Part shown: positions 10,305-21,100 of the stretch, one piece after another
Layout: the number at the start of each line of letters is the position of its first letter
Numbering within the stretch: the stretch's first letter is position 1
Source: a virus
Taxonomy: Duplodnaviria > Caudoviricetes
Length of the DNA stretch: 53,731 bases
IMG/VR virus record: IMGVR_UViG_3300037071_000543
Location: 1-53,731 of that record
Strand: one strand, 5' to 3'
The notes under the pieces: model-generated
What the model was told of the DNA's origin: nothing
Seen by the model: the letters and a program-made list of their open reading frames with translations, nothing else
Database searches by the model: none
Made by a program: the position numbers and the translations under genes

Positions 10305-10909
10305 GCAGCCTCCTCGTCCTCCCAGTTTTCAGCGCCTTCCTCCCGGGCGATCTGCCGCAACTGCTCTTCGTGCAGCCGCTCCTGCTCCTCCGCCTCCTCG
10401 CGAATCGCGGCGGCCTTTTCCGCCTTGGTGAGGGGTGGCTCGATCAGGAACACGGAGACCGGATATTCCGGGACCTTGCGCCATCCGGTGATCTTGGAGT
10501 CGTCGTCGGTGATCGCGATGTGGGCCACCGCGTTCATCAGCACATGGTAGTATTTGTAGTCGAGCCAGCAGGTTTCAGCGCGCGGAATCCAAATTCCGAT
10601 TCCGTTGACCGAGGCAAAGACCGGCTCACTGCCGCCCGGCTTTTCCTGCGGTTCGATGCGAAGCTGGACACTGCGCCGGTTCGCCCGATGGCGCACGCGC
10701 GGCGGGGCCTTGCGGACCAGCGGAGGGGCGGGCTCGTCCAGACCGTCATCAATCTCGATGTAGTCGACGGGCATGCCAGCCTGCGCCAGCTTGGCCTTGA
10801 TACCGGCCAGCCCCATCTTGGCGTTCACGTCGAGATTGAGGTTTTCGACCACATGGTTGGCGAGCGCCGTGGCGTTCAACAGGTCGATCGGAATCCTACT
10901 TTTTCCCAC
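10301..10909 (-). CDS. Hypothetical protein (head module)
   Basis: Coupled ORF containing VFASVNGIGIWIPR. Confidence 0.65.
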   Translation of the reverse strand: MGKSRIPIDLLNATALANHVVENLNLDVNAKMGLAGIKAKLAQAGMPVDYIEIDDGLDEPAPPLVRKAPPRVRHRANRRSVQLRIEPQEKPGGSEPVFASVNGIGIWIPRAETCWLDYKYYHVLMNAVAHIAITDDDSKITGWRKVPEYPVSVFLIEPPLTKAEKAAAIREEAEEQERLHEEQLRQIAREEGAENWEDEEAA

Positions 10910-11312
10910 GAGACTTTCCCTCCTTGAACTTGATGCCGACTTGCTTGAGCGCGGCGATCTGCGCCTCGGTCACCTCGATCGGCACGCCCTTTTCGAGGCG
11001 GGTCATGTTGCCCTCGACGTACAGCGGGACGGTGCCGCCTTCGTCGCCCTCGATGGTTATGGTCGAGGTGTCGGCGGGAGGCTCCGACTCCTCAGGTGGG
11101 GGCTCGTCCTTTGCTGCGGGCGGCTCCTCATCAGGAGTCTCTACGGACTCCGTGGTATCAGCCGGGGCGTCGGCGGCTTCCTCCGCCGCGTCGATCATGG
11201 CCTCATCGGCCTCCTCCGGGAGTTCTTCGCCGGTTTCGATGTCGTCTTCCGGCAATTCGGTGTCGTCGCCCGAAGATTTTGCTGGCTTCTTCGGCGCGGA
11301 TTTCTTGGCCAT
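10896..11312 (-). CDS. Acidic hypothetical protein
   Basis: Start MAKKSAPKK at 11312 with AGGAGG RBS. Confidence 0.65.
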   Translation of the reverse strand: MAKKSAPKKPAKSSGDDTELPEDDIETGEELPEEADEAMIDAAEEAADAPADTTESVETPDEEPPAAKDEPPPEESEPPADTSTITIEGDEGGTVPLYVEGNMTRLEKGVPIEVTEAQIAALKQVGIKFKEGKSRGKK

Positions 11313-11368
11313 GAGTGGCCTCCTTTGGGGTTGGGGAAGTGCCGGGCAGGAGACCCCGCCCGGAGATG

Positions 11369-11887
11369 TCAGACGGAAGTCGACAGCGCGGTGGCCACAG
11401 CGCCCGAGCCGACCAGATTGGCGTCGATCATCCAGAGCCCTGCCGCGATGTCGACGCATTCGACTTTCGAGCCCTGTAGGCCGCCCGTGGTCGAACCGTT
11501 CATGGTCAGAGTGTCGTCGGCCCCGGTGGCCGCTTCGTTGGAAGCAGCCGCGAAGGTCGCGGTCGAGATGCCGACATTGCCGGTCAGCACGTCCGTGGTG
11601 TTGCCCACCTTGATGACGCCGGACCCGGTGAGCGTGGTCTGCACGATCACCGTGTACTTGTCCTGACTGCCGGTCGCGGCGGGCAGGGTGGCCACGATGC
11701 CAGCCGCCCGGTTGAACAGGGTGATCCGGCCTTCATGGTCGATGCGGTTGAGCGTCACGGTGGCCGCCGTGATGCTGACCACCGACTTGTTTGCGCCGCC
11801 CTCACGCAGGTAGCGTTCGAGCATGTAGTCGTCGCCCCGAGCGATGGCCGACCGGGCGGCGGCGGAGTCCAGTGCGTTGAAAGTCAT
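11369..11887 (-). CDS. Putative capsid decoration/structural protein
   Basis: Ala/Thr/Gly beta-rich, TLPAATGS motif, downstream of the MCP. Confidence 0.55.
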   Translation of the reverse strand: MTFNALDSAAARSAIARGDDYMLERYLREGGANKSVVSITAATVTLNRIDHEGRITLFNRAAGIVATLPAATGSQDKYTVIVQTTLTGSGVIKVGNTTDVLTGNVGISTATFAAASNEAATGADDTLTMNGSTTGGLQGSKVECVDIAAGLWMIDANLVGSGAVATALSTSV

Positions 11888-11913
11888 GTGCGTCGGTCTC
11901 CTTCAGAGGGCGA

Positions 11914-12477
11914 TTAGGTGTCCTCACGGAACGCAATGAAGCGCAGCACCTTGGCCTCTTCGGCGATCACCGATCCGATGGTGAAGCCTTGGGCGTTGGT
12001 CGCTGCCGCGCCTTCGTAGCGTGAGATGGCCGAGGTGCCAGCCACGACCGGAGTCGCAGCCGCCGCGACGGCGACGTTGTGAACCACATTGGCGGTGACG
12101 GTAGCGTCGTCGGTGCCGAGCACACCGGATGCCGCATTCTGGACGACGACTGTTTCGCCCGCGAAGGTGCCGACCAGCGACCCTTCTTGCAGGACAAGGA
12201 AGCCAGCCGCATCGCCAGCCGCGAACGAGCCCGAATAGAGCAGCACGTCTGCGACTTGCGCGGTGGCCCGGGAGGTATTGCCCCGGATGGTCGACCCCTT
12301 GATGATTTCCACGGTGCCGCCCGAGGTGAACGGGACCACCCATTGCAGGAAGGCGGTCGTGATGATGTCGCCGTCCGACGAATTGAAGAGTTGAACGCAG
12401 GTGGGAATCCACCCGAGTTCGACGTTGATGGCCGCCCCATTGCCTACGAGGATGCCGGTCTTGATTGCGGGCTTCAT
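11914..12477 (-). CDS. Putative capsid decoration/structural protein
   Basis: Immediately after the MCP. NVELGWIPTCVQLFN motif and AGGAG RBS. Confidence 0.55.
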   Translation of the reverse strand: MKPAIKTGILVGNGAAINVELGWIPTCVQLFNSSDGDIITTAFLQWVVPFTSGGTVEIIKGSTIRGNTSRATAQVADVLLYSGSFAAGDAAGFLVLQEGSLVGTFAGETVVVQNAASGVLGTDDATVTANVVHNVAVAAAATPVVAGTSAISRYEGAAATNAQGFTIGSVIAEEAKVLRFIAFREDT

Positions 12478-12500
12478 GACGAAAGCTCCTGTTTCCGGTT

Positions 12501-12530
12501 AAAGCGAAAAGGCGGGATCGAGCCCGCCTT
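12501..12530 (-). terminator. Rho-independent terminator after the major capsid gene
   Basis: Minus strand reads AAGGCGGG-CTCGAT-CCCGCCTT-TTCGCTTT. Confidence 0.7.
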
Positions 12531-12539
12531 CAATGAGGA

Positions 12540-13538
12540 TCAGAGTTGCGAAACCGCGACTTCCAGACGGGCCATCCAAGCCTGATTGAGGATCAGCGCG
12601 GCGTGGTAAGTCTTCCAGCCGACGTAGCCTCGCTGGCCGAGCGGGTCGTCCTTGGTCTTCTGCCCCACCGGAATAACCGTAGGAGAAACAGCACCTTGGC
12701 CGCGTAGGGCGACCATGCCCCATGCGTCCTGCCCGAAGTAGATGACGGGATAGACATCGGCGTTGACACCGCCCGTCGAGACCATCGAGCCAGCCGCGCC
12801 ACCCGCGTTCAAGAACGGGTTGAGGTCGGGCGACAGCATGTAGCGGACATCCTCGACCGAGCCGATTTCATGCTCCGAAATCGGGTTGCGGGTGCCGTAT
12901 TCGGCAACCACCTTGAAGCCGGGCATGTTTCGAATATCCGACTCAACGTCAGTGTGCGCGACCGCGATGAACGCACCTTCGACCGCCCGCGTGCCGTAGT
13001 CCGAGGACGGCGACAGCGACCGGGTGATCTTGGTTGCCTTCAGGGACTTCAGCGACCGCAGGACGGCGCGCTGCTTGCCGAGCGTGATCGGCGTATTCAC
13101 GTCCGTGCGGACGGTGCCGTTGGCGTAGTAGACAGAGGTGCCAGCGCGGACCACGCCATAATTCAGCGCCTCGATCGTCCGGCCAATGTTCTCGCCAGCC
13201 TGCATCGAAGCATCGTTCAAAACCGGGTCCTCATGCAGGTCCTCGATCTTGTCGGTGACGACGACCACTTGGCCGTACTGCCGCAGGGTGGCCGCGACAT
13301 CTTCGTAGCTGAATTGCGTTTCGGTCGGGGTGACGCCTTCGACCAGCGGCGTGGTGGCTGCTGTGAAGACTCGCGGACGCCGGAACTTGATGGTGTCCGT
13401 CTTGTTTTTCGGCATCGGCTTGGTCAGGCCGAGCTTTTCCAAGACCATGACGGGCTTGGCGTGGCGGAGCATTTGCCTCTCCGCGTAGACGTTTGTGCGG
13501 GGAGAAATTCCGCCATCGGAATATTGGGTCATCGGCAT
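12540..13538 (-). CDS. Major capsid protein, N4-gp56 family
   Basis: MPKNKTDTIKFRR, PLVEGVTP, LRQYG, EIGSVEDVR, DDPLGQRGYVGWK and ILNQAWMARLEVA motifs. Confidence 0.92.
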   Translation of the reverse strand: MPMTQYSDGGISPRTNVYAERQMLRHAKPVMVLEKLGLTKPMPKNKTDTIKFRRPRVFTAATTPLVEGVTPTETQFSYEDVAATLRQYGQVVVVTDKIEDLHEDPVLNDASMQAGENIGRTIEALNYGVVRAGTSVYYANGTVRTDVNTPITLGKQRAVLRSLKSLKATKITRSLSPSSDYGTRAVEGAFIAVAHTDVESDIRNMPGFKVVAEYGTRNPISEHEIGSVEDVRYMLSPDLNPFLNAGGAAGSMVSTGGVNADVYPVIYFGQDAWGMVALRGQGAVSPTVIPVGQKTKDDPLGQRGYVGWKTYHAALILNQAWMARLEVAVSQL

Positions 13539-13572
13539 TGAAGCGGTCCTTCACAGTAGACCGCTCAATCCC

Positions 13573-14559
13573 TCATGCGTTGCGATACTTCTGCTCCTCC
13601 GGGTCTATGTCTCGGAAGGCGTTCCACAATTGCTGCGGGTCGCCATCTTCCGGGATGCCGCTGACGGTAGGGCGGGAGCCCCCACCTTGCGGCGATGCCG
13701 AGCTTGCCAGTTGTGCCGCGCGCCGGGAATTGAGCCCTTGGTTCGGAGCCTTGACAGGTGGCGTGACCTCCTGCGCAGGCGGTGCTTTGGCGGCGTCAAC
13801 GAACTGCTTGAAGGCGTCCATCGTAGCGATCGCGCCTTGCGGATCGATGATGGCCTCCTGATTGGTAAGGAAGGCTTGGCGCAATTTAAGCGGCTGATCG
13901 ACAATCCACTTGCCGAACGCGGCTCCGTTCTCGCGCAAATAGCCGTCCCAGCCGGGATGCTTGCTTTCGAGCAGAGTTTCGTTCGCCTTCAGTTCGCTGT
14001 CCATCTCAAGATCGGCGGCCTCTTGGCGGCTCTTCTCGACGGCATCGAACCGTGAAAGTTTCTCAGCGATCGGAGCCAGCTTCTTCTGAAGCGGGGTGGC
14101 GATCTCTGGATATTCAGCGGCCAATTCAGCAAGTGGATCGGCGGCTTCTCCGTCCGCAGCGGGTGGGGGCTGTTGCGCAGCAGCCGCGTTCCGCTCCTTG
14201 AGCCTGCGAGTGTAGGAGGCAATCCGGCCTTCGATCGATCGGCGGGCATGCTCCGTCTGCGCGGTCTCAAGCGCCTTGACCTGTGCGTCGTGCGCGGCCT
14301 TCAACTCTGGCGGCGCTGTTGCCCACGGGTCGGGGGCGGTCTTGTCGTCCTCCGGTGGTTTGGCTGCGGCTCCCGCGCCGGGTGCGGCTGGCTTCTCCTC
14401 CGGTGGCGTATCTTTACCATCTTCGGGATTTTCTGCAAACGCATCAGGATCGTGGCCGTTGGCCGCAGGCTTCGCGCCCACTTCGGCGGCCTCCGCCTCC
14501 TCCATTTCCTTCCAGAAATCCTCTTCGGTCTTTTCTTCGTCGGGCTTCAGTTCGGGCAT
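13573..14559 (-). CDS. Capsid scaffolding protein
   Basis: Acidic, Pro/Ala-rich and helical, LESKHPGW motif, between portal and MCP. Confidence 0.7.
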   Translation of the reverse strand: MPELKPDEEKTEEDFWKEMEEAEAAEVGAKPAANGHDPDAFAENPEDGKDTPPEEKPAAPGAGAAAKPPEDDKTAPDPWATAPPELKAAHDAQVKALETAQTEHARRSIEGRIASYTRRLKERNAAAAQQPPPAADGEAADPLAELAAEYPEIATPLQKKLAPIAEKLSRFDAVEKSRQEAADLEMDSELKANETLLESKHPGWDGYLRENGAAFGKWIVDQPLKLRQAFLTNQEAIIDPQGAIATMDAFKQFVDAAKAPPAQEVTPPVKAPNQGLNSRRAAQLASSASPQGGGSRPTVSGIPEDGDPQQLWNAFRDIDPEEQKYRNA

Positions 14560-14568
14560 GCTTCCTCC

Positions 14569-14799
14569 TCAGACGCCGCTGCGATCGCGGGGTCGTAGCT
14601 CATGCGGTATCGCGGTCTTCGGGACAACGGCTGGCTTCACCAACTCCAGCACCTCCCGCATGGCCGCGATCTTGCCGCGCAAATACTGGCTTTCGCCATA
14701 GGCTTGGTCCGGCTGTTCGAGCCGGGTGCGGGCGGCCTCGATAATCTCCAGCGCCTTGGCCGCGACCTCGCGCCAAGTGTCGGTGTAGGCGTCGATCAT
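14569..14799 (-). CDS. Small conserved protein between portal and scaffold
   Basis: YLRGKIAAMREVLEL motif; ATGA coupling to the portal gene. Confidence 0.65.
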   Translation of the reverse strand: MIDAYTDTWREVAAKALEIIEAARTRLEQPDQAYGESQYLRGKIAAMREVLELVKPAVVPKTAIPHELRPRDRSGV

Positions 14800-17213
14800 G
14801 CTGCCTTTGCCTTCTTCTTCGGCTTGGAGCCGCCGCTGACATAGCCGCCAGAGGAGGTTGGAATCTCGCCGCGCGCCCGGGCCTCCGCCGCGTTCTTCTG
14901 CTCGATCGCCACCTCGGAGGCGAATATCCGCTCCTTCGACTGGTTGTCGAGTTCCTTGCCCGCCAGCATAGCCTCAAGCTCCTGCACGCTCATGTTGAGG
15001 TTGGCGGCCAGCCCGTTCATCTGCGCGTCGTAATGCTTATCAGCGACATACCGCTTGGTCGCATTGTCCTGATTCGATAGCTGGACCTGCAATTCCGCCC
15101 GCTTGATTTCCGCCTCCTTGGCCTCCCTCGCCTGATCGGCGGCCACCTTGGCCGCGACCGCCGCTTCGCTTTCGGCCTGCGCCGCCGCGAGCACCGCGTC
15201 GATTTCGTCGTCGGTCAGCATCACCTCTTCAGCCGGGATCATGTAGGCTTGGAAAATCTTCTTCAGCAGTTCGCGATTGCGCAGCATCGGCCCGAAGATC
15301 GGATGGCCGCCAAGCTGGATGGCGATCACCATGAGATTCTGCGCCTGCAATTCGCGCATCAGCAGCACGCTCGAACCGCGCGCGTCGACCTGATAGTCGC
15401 CCTTGATTTCCTCTTTCGGGTTGAACTGCATGTTCCAGTCGTAGGACCGCCGAATGTCCGGCGTGGTCACATCGTCATCGAAGTTCTTGACGAACGAGCG
15501 GAACACCACATTGGCGGAATTGTGCATCAGCGCGGTGCCGAGCGCCGTCTTCTCGACGTTCTGCGTGCCGACTTCGCCCTGCTGGCCCTGAATGGCCTGC
15601 GGCACCGACGACATCTTGTCGATGAACCGTTCGCAGAGGGCGATGATGTTTATCATGTCCTCCTGCCGGGCCTCGATATGGAATAGCTGAAACGGCGGGT
15701 TCTCCTTCTGGATGCCGTTCTTGGCCCGCCAGACCTTGCGGGGCTTCAGCTTGTAGTCGCCGTCTTCCGGCTCGATGTTCTGCGTGTCGATGATGACCTG
15801 CGGGCCGCTCGACACCCCGGCGTTGTCCATCATGGCGCGGAATGCGCCGTTCAACGCCGACTGCGGATCGCGCAAAAGCGCGGGCATGCCGTAGCCGAAA
15901 ATCGAGGCTTCGTCCTTGATGAGATTGTAGACCGAGTAGATGCACTCGCCGGAATCGTATGGGTAGACGGCGAATTTCAGGATTTCGCCCTGACAGAACC
16001 AGATGCAGACGTTGATTTCGATGAGTGGGTCGATTTCCTCGATCTGCCGCAGCGCCTCCCCGGCGATCGTCTGCACGGTTCCGTCGCGGCTGGAGGTGAG
16101 CATGTGCATGGCGAGCGCCTGCATGTCCTCGGGCTCCAGCGGCCCATAGTATTCGAACACATGGTAGAGGTCGCCCGTGACCTGCTGGGTGGCCGCCCGG
16201 ATGTTGCGAAGCTGTGCGAGGTAGGACGGCGCGGTGGTCGACGGGGCCAGCGTCAACAGTCGCCGGATCGCATCCTTGTCGAAGCCCTGTAGGTGCTGAA
16301 GCTGGCGGATCATGCGCCGGTTCATCAAGTGGCGCTCGAACGTGCCGTTGCCGTTCTCGATGTCGGTGGCGTCCATGTCGGGGAAGAATCCCCAAATGTC
16401 GACATCGCGGAATGCGGGTTGCTGGCCGGTCGAGATGTCGAGCCGGTACTCGCCTGACTCCTCATCGGTCTTCCAGCCGCGCCGCACCTTGTCGCCAGTG
16501 ACCGGACCCTTGGTCACCCCGGTGCCGAGCTTGACGCTGCAATCGATCTGCTTGCGCTTGATCGTCTGGTAGCGGCATTCGGTCAGTTGGTCGTCAATCT
16601 CCTTCTCCATGAGGTCCGACCGCTTGCGGGCCTCTTCCAGCTTGGCCGACAGCATGGCCGCCGCCGCCTTCGCCTCATCAGCCTCCGCCTGCTTTTCCTG
16701 CGCCTGCGCGGCGAGCGCCTGCTGCTCCTCCGGGGGAGCTTCCGCGCCGATTTCCTGCGCTTGCGCCGCCTGATCCTGCGCGGCCTTGGCCTGCTCGATC
16801 TTCTCGCGCGCCGCCGCTGCGGCGGCCTCCACCTTGTCCGACAGCGTGGGTACGGGCGTCGGCGAAATGCCCCAGTTCTTCTCGTCGGTGGGGAATAGCA
16901 AGTCCTTCAGCCGGGCCGCCATCGCGTCGGTCTTGTCCCGGGTGACGTTGATGAAAAGCTGCGACCGCTCCTCCTCGAACAGGACCTTGGCGGTCGCCAT
17001 GTCATAGCGCCCGTGATACTGCTCAAGATCTTCAATCCAGCGGGTTTCGAGCGATTGCCGCTTGCCGATGCGGGAATTGACCTCCGCCTCCAGCCGCCCG
17101 ACGATCGCCTTCAACTGGTCCTTCGACGGTGGCCGAATCTCCTGCTGGCTGCGAATGCTTTGCGGCAATTGCGGATTCGACGCCGGGGGGTTTTGAACCA
17201 TCATGTCGGCCAT
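14796..17213 (-). CDS. Portal protein
   Basis: About 805 aa; LFINVTRDKT, LGTGVTKGP, FFPDMDA, SIFGYGMP, RAMMDNAG, IKGDYQVDARG. Likely start MADMM at 17213. Confidence 0.85.
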   Translation of the reverse strand: MADMMVQNPPASNPQLPQSIRSQQEIRPPSKDQLKAIVGRLEAEVNSRIGKRQSLETRWIEDLEQYHGRYDMATAKVLFEEERSQLFINVTRDKTDAMAARLKDLLFPTDEKNWGISPTPVPTLSDKVEAAAAAAREKIEQAKAAQDQAAQAQEIGAEAPPEEQQALAAQAQEKQAEADEAKAAAAMLSAKLEEARKRSDLMEKEIDDQLTECRYQTIKRKQIDCSVKLGTGVTKGPVTGDKVRRGWKTDEESGEYRLDISTGQQPAFRDVDIWGFFPDMDATDIENGNGTFERHLMNRRMIRQLQHLQGFDKDAIRRLLTLAPSTTAPSYLAQLRNIRAATQQVTGDLYHVFEYYGPLEPEDMQALAMHMLTSSRDGTVQTIAGEALRQIEEIDPLIEINVCIWFCQGEILKFAVYPYDSGECIYSVYNLIKDEASIFGYGMPALLRDPQSALNGAFRAMMDNAGVSSGPQVIIDTQNIEPEDGDYKLKPRKVWRAKNGIQKENPPFQLFHIEARQEDMINIIALCERFIDKMSSVPQAIQGQQGEVGTQNVEKTALGTALMHNSANVVFRSFVKNFDDDVTTPDIRRSYDWNMQFNPKEEIKGDYQVDARGSSVLLMRELQAQNLMVIAIQLGGHPIFGPMLRNRELLKKIFQAYMIPAEEVMLTDDEIDAVLAAAQAESEAAVAAKVAADQAREAKEAEIKRAELQVQLSNQDNATKRYVADKHYDAQMNGLAANLNMSVQELEAMLAGKELDNQSKERIFASEVAIEQKNAAEARARGEIPTSSGGYVSGGSKPKKKAKAA

Positions 17214-17215
17214 AA

Positions 17216-17965
17216 TCAGTATCCTGCCCTGTGATCGGCGACACCCATGCCAGCGCCGTGGCCGTTCGGCTTCATCGGCGGCAGCGTGGCCACCTTGTTC
17301 CACGTCAGCCACAGATACCGCATGTCATCCATGAGGTGATCGGCTTGGTGAGCGACGATCTTGCCCTTTTCGTCGCGCTGGTAGACCCGGTATTCCGCCT
17401 TGAAGTTCTGGAGCGTCGAGAAAATCTTAAGCTGCCCGAGCACCAAGGCCTGCCAGACCGCGACCAGCCCGGCCTCCAATTCGTTGTTGGCGTCGATCAG
17501 CTTGAGCCCGAGCGACACATATTCCGCCTTGAGTTGGGTGCCGTCCTTCTGGCTGGAGCCCTGCGATGCCGGGTCGATCGCGCCGCGAATCCACTCGCCG
17601 CGCGTCTTGATCGCCGCCGCATGGACGACCGGAAGCTGCTGGCCCTTATAGTGCTCCGAGTACAGGTAGATGATCCCGTCGACCGGGTTTTGCGCGCCCC
17701 ACAGCGCCGCCGTCCGGTTCCACCCTACATCCAGCGCATAGGCCTTCTTCCAGCCCCACGGGATCGCAAACGGCTTGACCTCGATGTCGCCGATCGGAAC
17801 CGGATAGATCACGCCAGCGCCCATCGACGGCTCGCCCCTCGATCGCGCATCCCGCAGGTACGGCGGGGTCGAGTCCAAGAGTTCGCGCTTGCCCTTCTCG
17901 TCCAAGTGGGGAACGTCATCCCACCCGGCCTGCACGATGTATCTGGACGGGGCGACTTCAGGCAT
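17216..17965 (-). CDS. terL: Terminase large subunit, C-terminal part (end of ATPase/lid plus RNase H-like nuclease)
   Basis: AGWDDVPHL...RDARSRGEPSMGAGVIYP, ALDVGWNRTA (catalytic Asp), AIDPAS, DHLMDDMRY match the C-terminal half of P22 gp2-type TerL. Own GGAG RBS. Confidence 0.88.
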   Translation of the reverse strand: MPEVAPSRYIVQAGWDDVPHLDEKGKRELLDSTPPYLRDARSRGEPSMGAGVIYPVPIGDIEVKPFAIPWGWKKAYALDVGWNRTAALWGAQNPVDGIIYLYSEHYKGQQLPVVHAAAIKTRGEWIRGAIDPASQGSSQKDGTQLKAEYVSLGLKLIDANNELEAGLVAVWQALVLGQLKIFSTLQNFKAEYRVYQRDEKGKIVAHQADHLMDDMRYLWLTWNKVATLPPMKPNGHGAGMGVADHRAGY

Positions 17966-17968
17966 CAG

Positions 17969-18184
17969 TCACTCCACCAACTTCGGAAGACTCATCCCGC
18001 CACCCGACCCTATGAGGTCGAGCAGCAGCAGGATCACGATGATGCACAGCACCACGATGGCCGCCACCTTCAAAATCCTCTGCGGCGGCTCCGGGATGAA
18101 TTGATCCACCACATACACGAATAGGTAGTAGAGAATGCCCATAATCAGCAGGTAAATGATGAGGTTGATAATCGCGCCTATCAT
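17969..18184 (-). CDS. Small two-TM membrane protein (possible holin)
   Basis: MIGAIINLIIYLLIMGILYYLF...PEPPQRILKVAAIVVLCIIVILLLL. Confidence 0.6.
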   Translation of the reverse strand: MIGAIINLIIYLLIMGILYYLFVYVVDQFIPEPPQRILKVAAIVVLCIIVILLLLDLIGSGGGMSLPKLVE

Positions 18185-18195
18185 CACAGCACCTC

Positions 18196-21100
18196 TCAGT
18201 TGTTCATCCAGCGTGACATGACCAGCATCAGGCCCTCGCGCTGATCTTCCCTGCCGTCGACCACGCCGGGCCGGGAGGCGAACACGCCACCTGCCCGCAT
18301 GAACATCGGCTGGCCGGTCGGGAACACACGGGCCACCCATTCGACCTCGATGGAGTCCTCTGGCGCGGTGAGCGCCTGCATCTGCACCCCGGTGAGGGTG
18401 ACTTGGACGTGGTAGCGAATGAGGATGGTGACGGTGCCATACTCAGTTTGCAGCGCGTCGATCGTTGACGCGCCCTGCGGCGGATCGTTTTTGTACGGGT
18501 GGGTTGGGGACAGAAGGCCCTGTAGTCCCCACTTCCAAGCGAGGTAGCCGTCGATCTTGGGATAGACGCTCTCGGTCAGATCGGCGTTGTAGAGCACCAA
18601 CTCCGCGACATCGAAATCGCCGGTATCGGCCTGCGAATCGGGGTCGCGGCCACCCAGCCCGTATTCCCCTCCCATGCCGCCCGGCAGGCCGGAAGACGCC
18701 GCGACTGTTCCGTTCTTGCGAAATTCGGTGATGGTGCCGTCCGCGTTGCCGCCGTAAATCTTCCAGTCTTGGTTCGAGGTTGAACCAGTAAGGGCCGACA
18801 CGGTATCGGCGAAGGCGTCCTGCCCGTCCGGCGAAAAGCCGACATAGAGGTTTTTCGGGGCCATCGCGGCAAAGCAGTAGCCGTCATGCGGGAAGCCGGT
18901 CACGGGGTTCCACTTGCGCACCACGTAGGCCATCGACCATATCGCGTCGGTGAACTCGGCATCGCCGCGCAACCGGCTTTGCAGCGCGGTGAAGCGGACG
19001 ACCGGGCGGCCATTCATCGCGGTTGACCGATAGACCGGCAGCGGCGTGCCGACCATCACGGGATCGAGGCCGATCGCCTCATCCGTCAACGGCCATTCCG
19101 TGACCTCTTCGCCCTCCTCCAGATCGAGCATGGTGGCGTCGAGGTGGACCCTAAGCCCGCCGATCAGGCTGGGCCGCCACGGCAGGTAGCCGAATCGGAT
19201 GTTGTTGAAGGTGATGAACGACATCGAGCCCGGGCTCACCGTCATCGCGACCATGTAGTTGCCGGACGGGTAGACCTCCATGAAGCCCTGCGTGACCGCG
19301 TGGGTGATGCCCAAGCTCATCGTCAACTGGAAGCCGGTGATGAAGACGCGCCGGTTCTCGACCGCCTGCACGTCGCCGACCGAGGCGACCAAGAAGTTGC
19401 CGGTGATGACATCGGCGTCGACATCGACACTGACATCCGCGATCACGTCGCCACGGCTCATCGTCATCTGATTGCCGGTGACGAAGACCTCCCCGGCAGA
19501 AGGCGTCGAGACGGTGACCGTGCCCGATGCGATCGTCATCAAGTTAGTGGTCAGCAGGCCGAGCGTCTGCGGCCCGGTGACGAAATCGTCAAAGAAATTG
19601 CCGATCGAACCGCCGCCGATAATCCCGGTATCGGTCGAGGTGAGTGTGGCCCCGATCGCTCCCGAAGCCATCAAGGTGCCGTTCTTGAACACATACCAGT
19701 TCGATCCGACCGCCGCGAGGCGCAGCACATCGCCGTCGACATAGCCGCCATCGCCCGAGTTATAGATTTGCGCGATGGTGCCGAGCCCCGCCGTCTCCCG
19801 CCAGACTTCGACATGCCCGAAATTGATAGCCGTGGTCGCGCCGTGGAAGAGGCCGACGAACTGATTGTGGTCCGGCATCCGGCAGCACGCGCCGGGGCCG
19901 TAAATCAATTCATCTCCGATCGCGGTGAACTCGATGAAGTGGTCGAGCACGCCGGGCGATGGGTTGCACTTGTACGCGGAGCCGGACTCATCGACGGAGG
20001 TCGAGCGCAACTGGTTGCCGCTGACCGCCAGCCCGGCGAACCGGCCATCATGCACCCACGTTCCGCCGCTTGAGGCGATCGGCGTCGATTCGAGTGGGCC
20101 GTCCGCCCGGTCGAAATGGTCGTAAAACAGCGGATCGGCGAAGGTGGTAAGTGGCCCGGCCTCGAAATTCTCGGCGACCTCGCCGATGAATCCTCGACCG
20201 ACAATGCCGGTGCCGACATCGTTGAGCGCCGCGCCGATCGCCCCGCTCGACATCACCGCGCCGTCATTCTTGAGCGTCCAGTTGGAGCCCTCGCATTCAA
20301 GCCGCAGGAGGTCGCCGGTCGCCACCGCAGCCGCGCCCGAGGTGTAGAGGGTGACGAACGTGCCAGCCACCCGGCGAGCCACTACGACCTGCCCAGCGCC
20401 CGCGCCTTCGTTGCCGACATGGAAGCCGACGAAGTTGTTGCGATCGGCCAACCGGCAGCAGACAAACGATTGCGCGCCAACGTGCGAGATGGAGCCAGCC
20501 AGCCCGGCAGGCACGATGCACTCGACATAGTGGTCCGCCGATCCGACCGATGGCGTCTTGTAGGCGGAGCCGACGCTATCGGTGACCCCCGCGTACAGAA
20601 TGTTGTTGAACACCGACAGCCCGTGGACGATCGCGCTATCCCATACCCAGTTCCAACCGCCCGAGGCGGTCTTGCACGGCGCTTCCTCCAGCCAGCCGTC
20701 CGCCCGGTTGAAGGTGTCGGCGAAGGTGGTTTCCGTGCCAGCCGAGACCGAGACGTTGTTGAGGCTCATCGTCAGCAGGTTGGTGGTGAGTGTCGCGCCG
20801 CTCGCCGCGCCGCTGGTCAGCCCGGCCTCGAAATTGTCGAGGAAAGGATTCTGCACCGCCTGCCGGTTATGGATGCCGACCCGCGTGCCGATCCAGCCAG
20901 AGGCCGACAGCGCCATCGAGACGATCAGCACGGCATTCAGCCGGACCTCGATCTGATCCCCGGCAATCCGCGCCTCGATCGTGTCGCCCGAGGCAATGCC
21001 GTGATTGGTGTTGTAGATCGAGGTGAAGGTGCCGCCCGTCACCCGGTAGATTTGCAGGTTCGCGCCAGCGGTTCGCAGGCCGATGTACTTGTCCCGGCTT

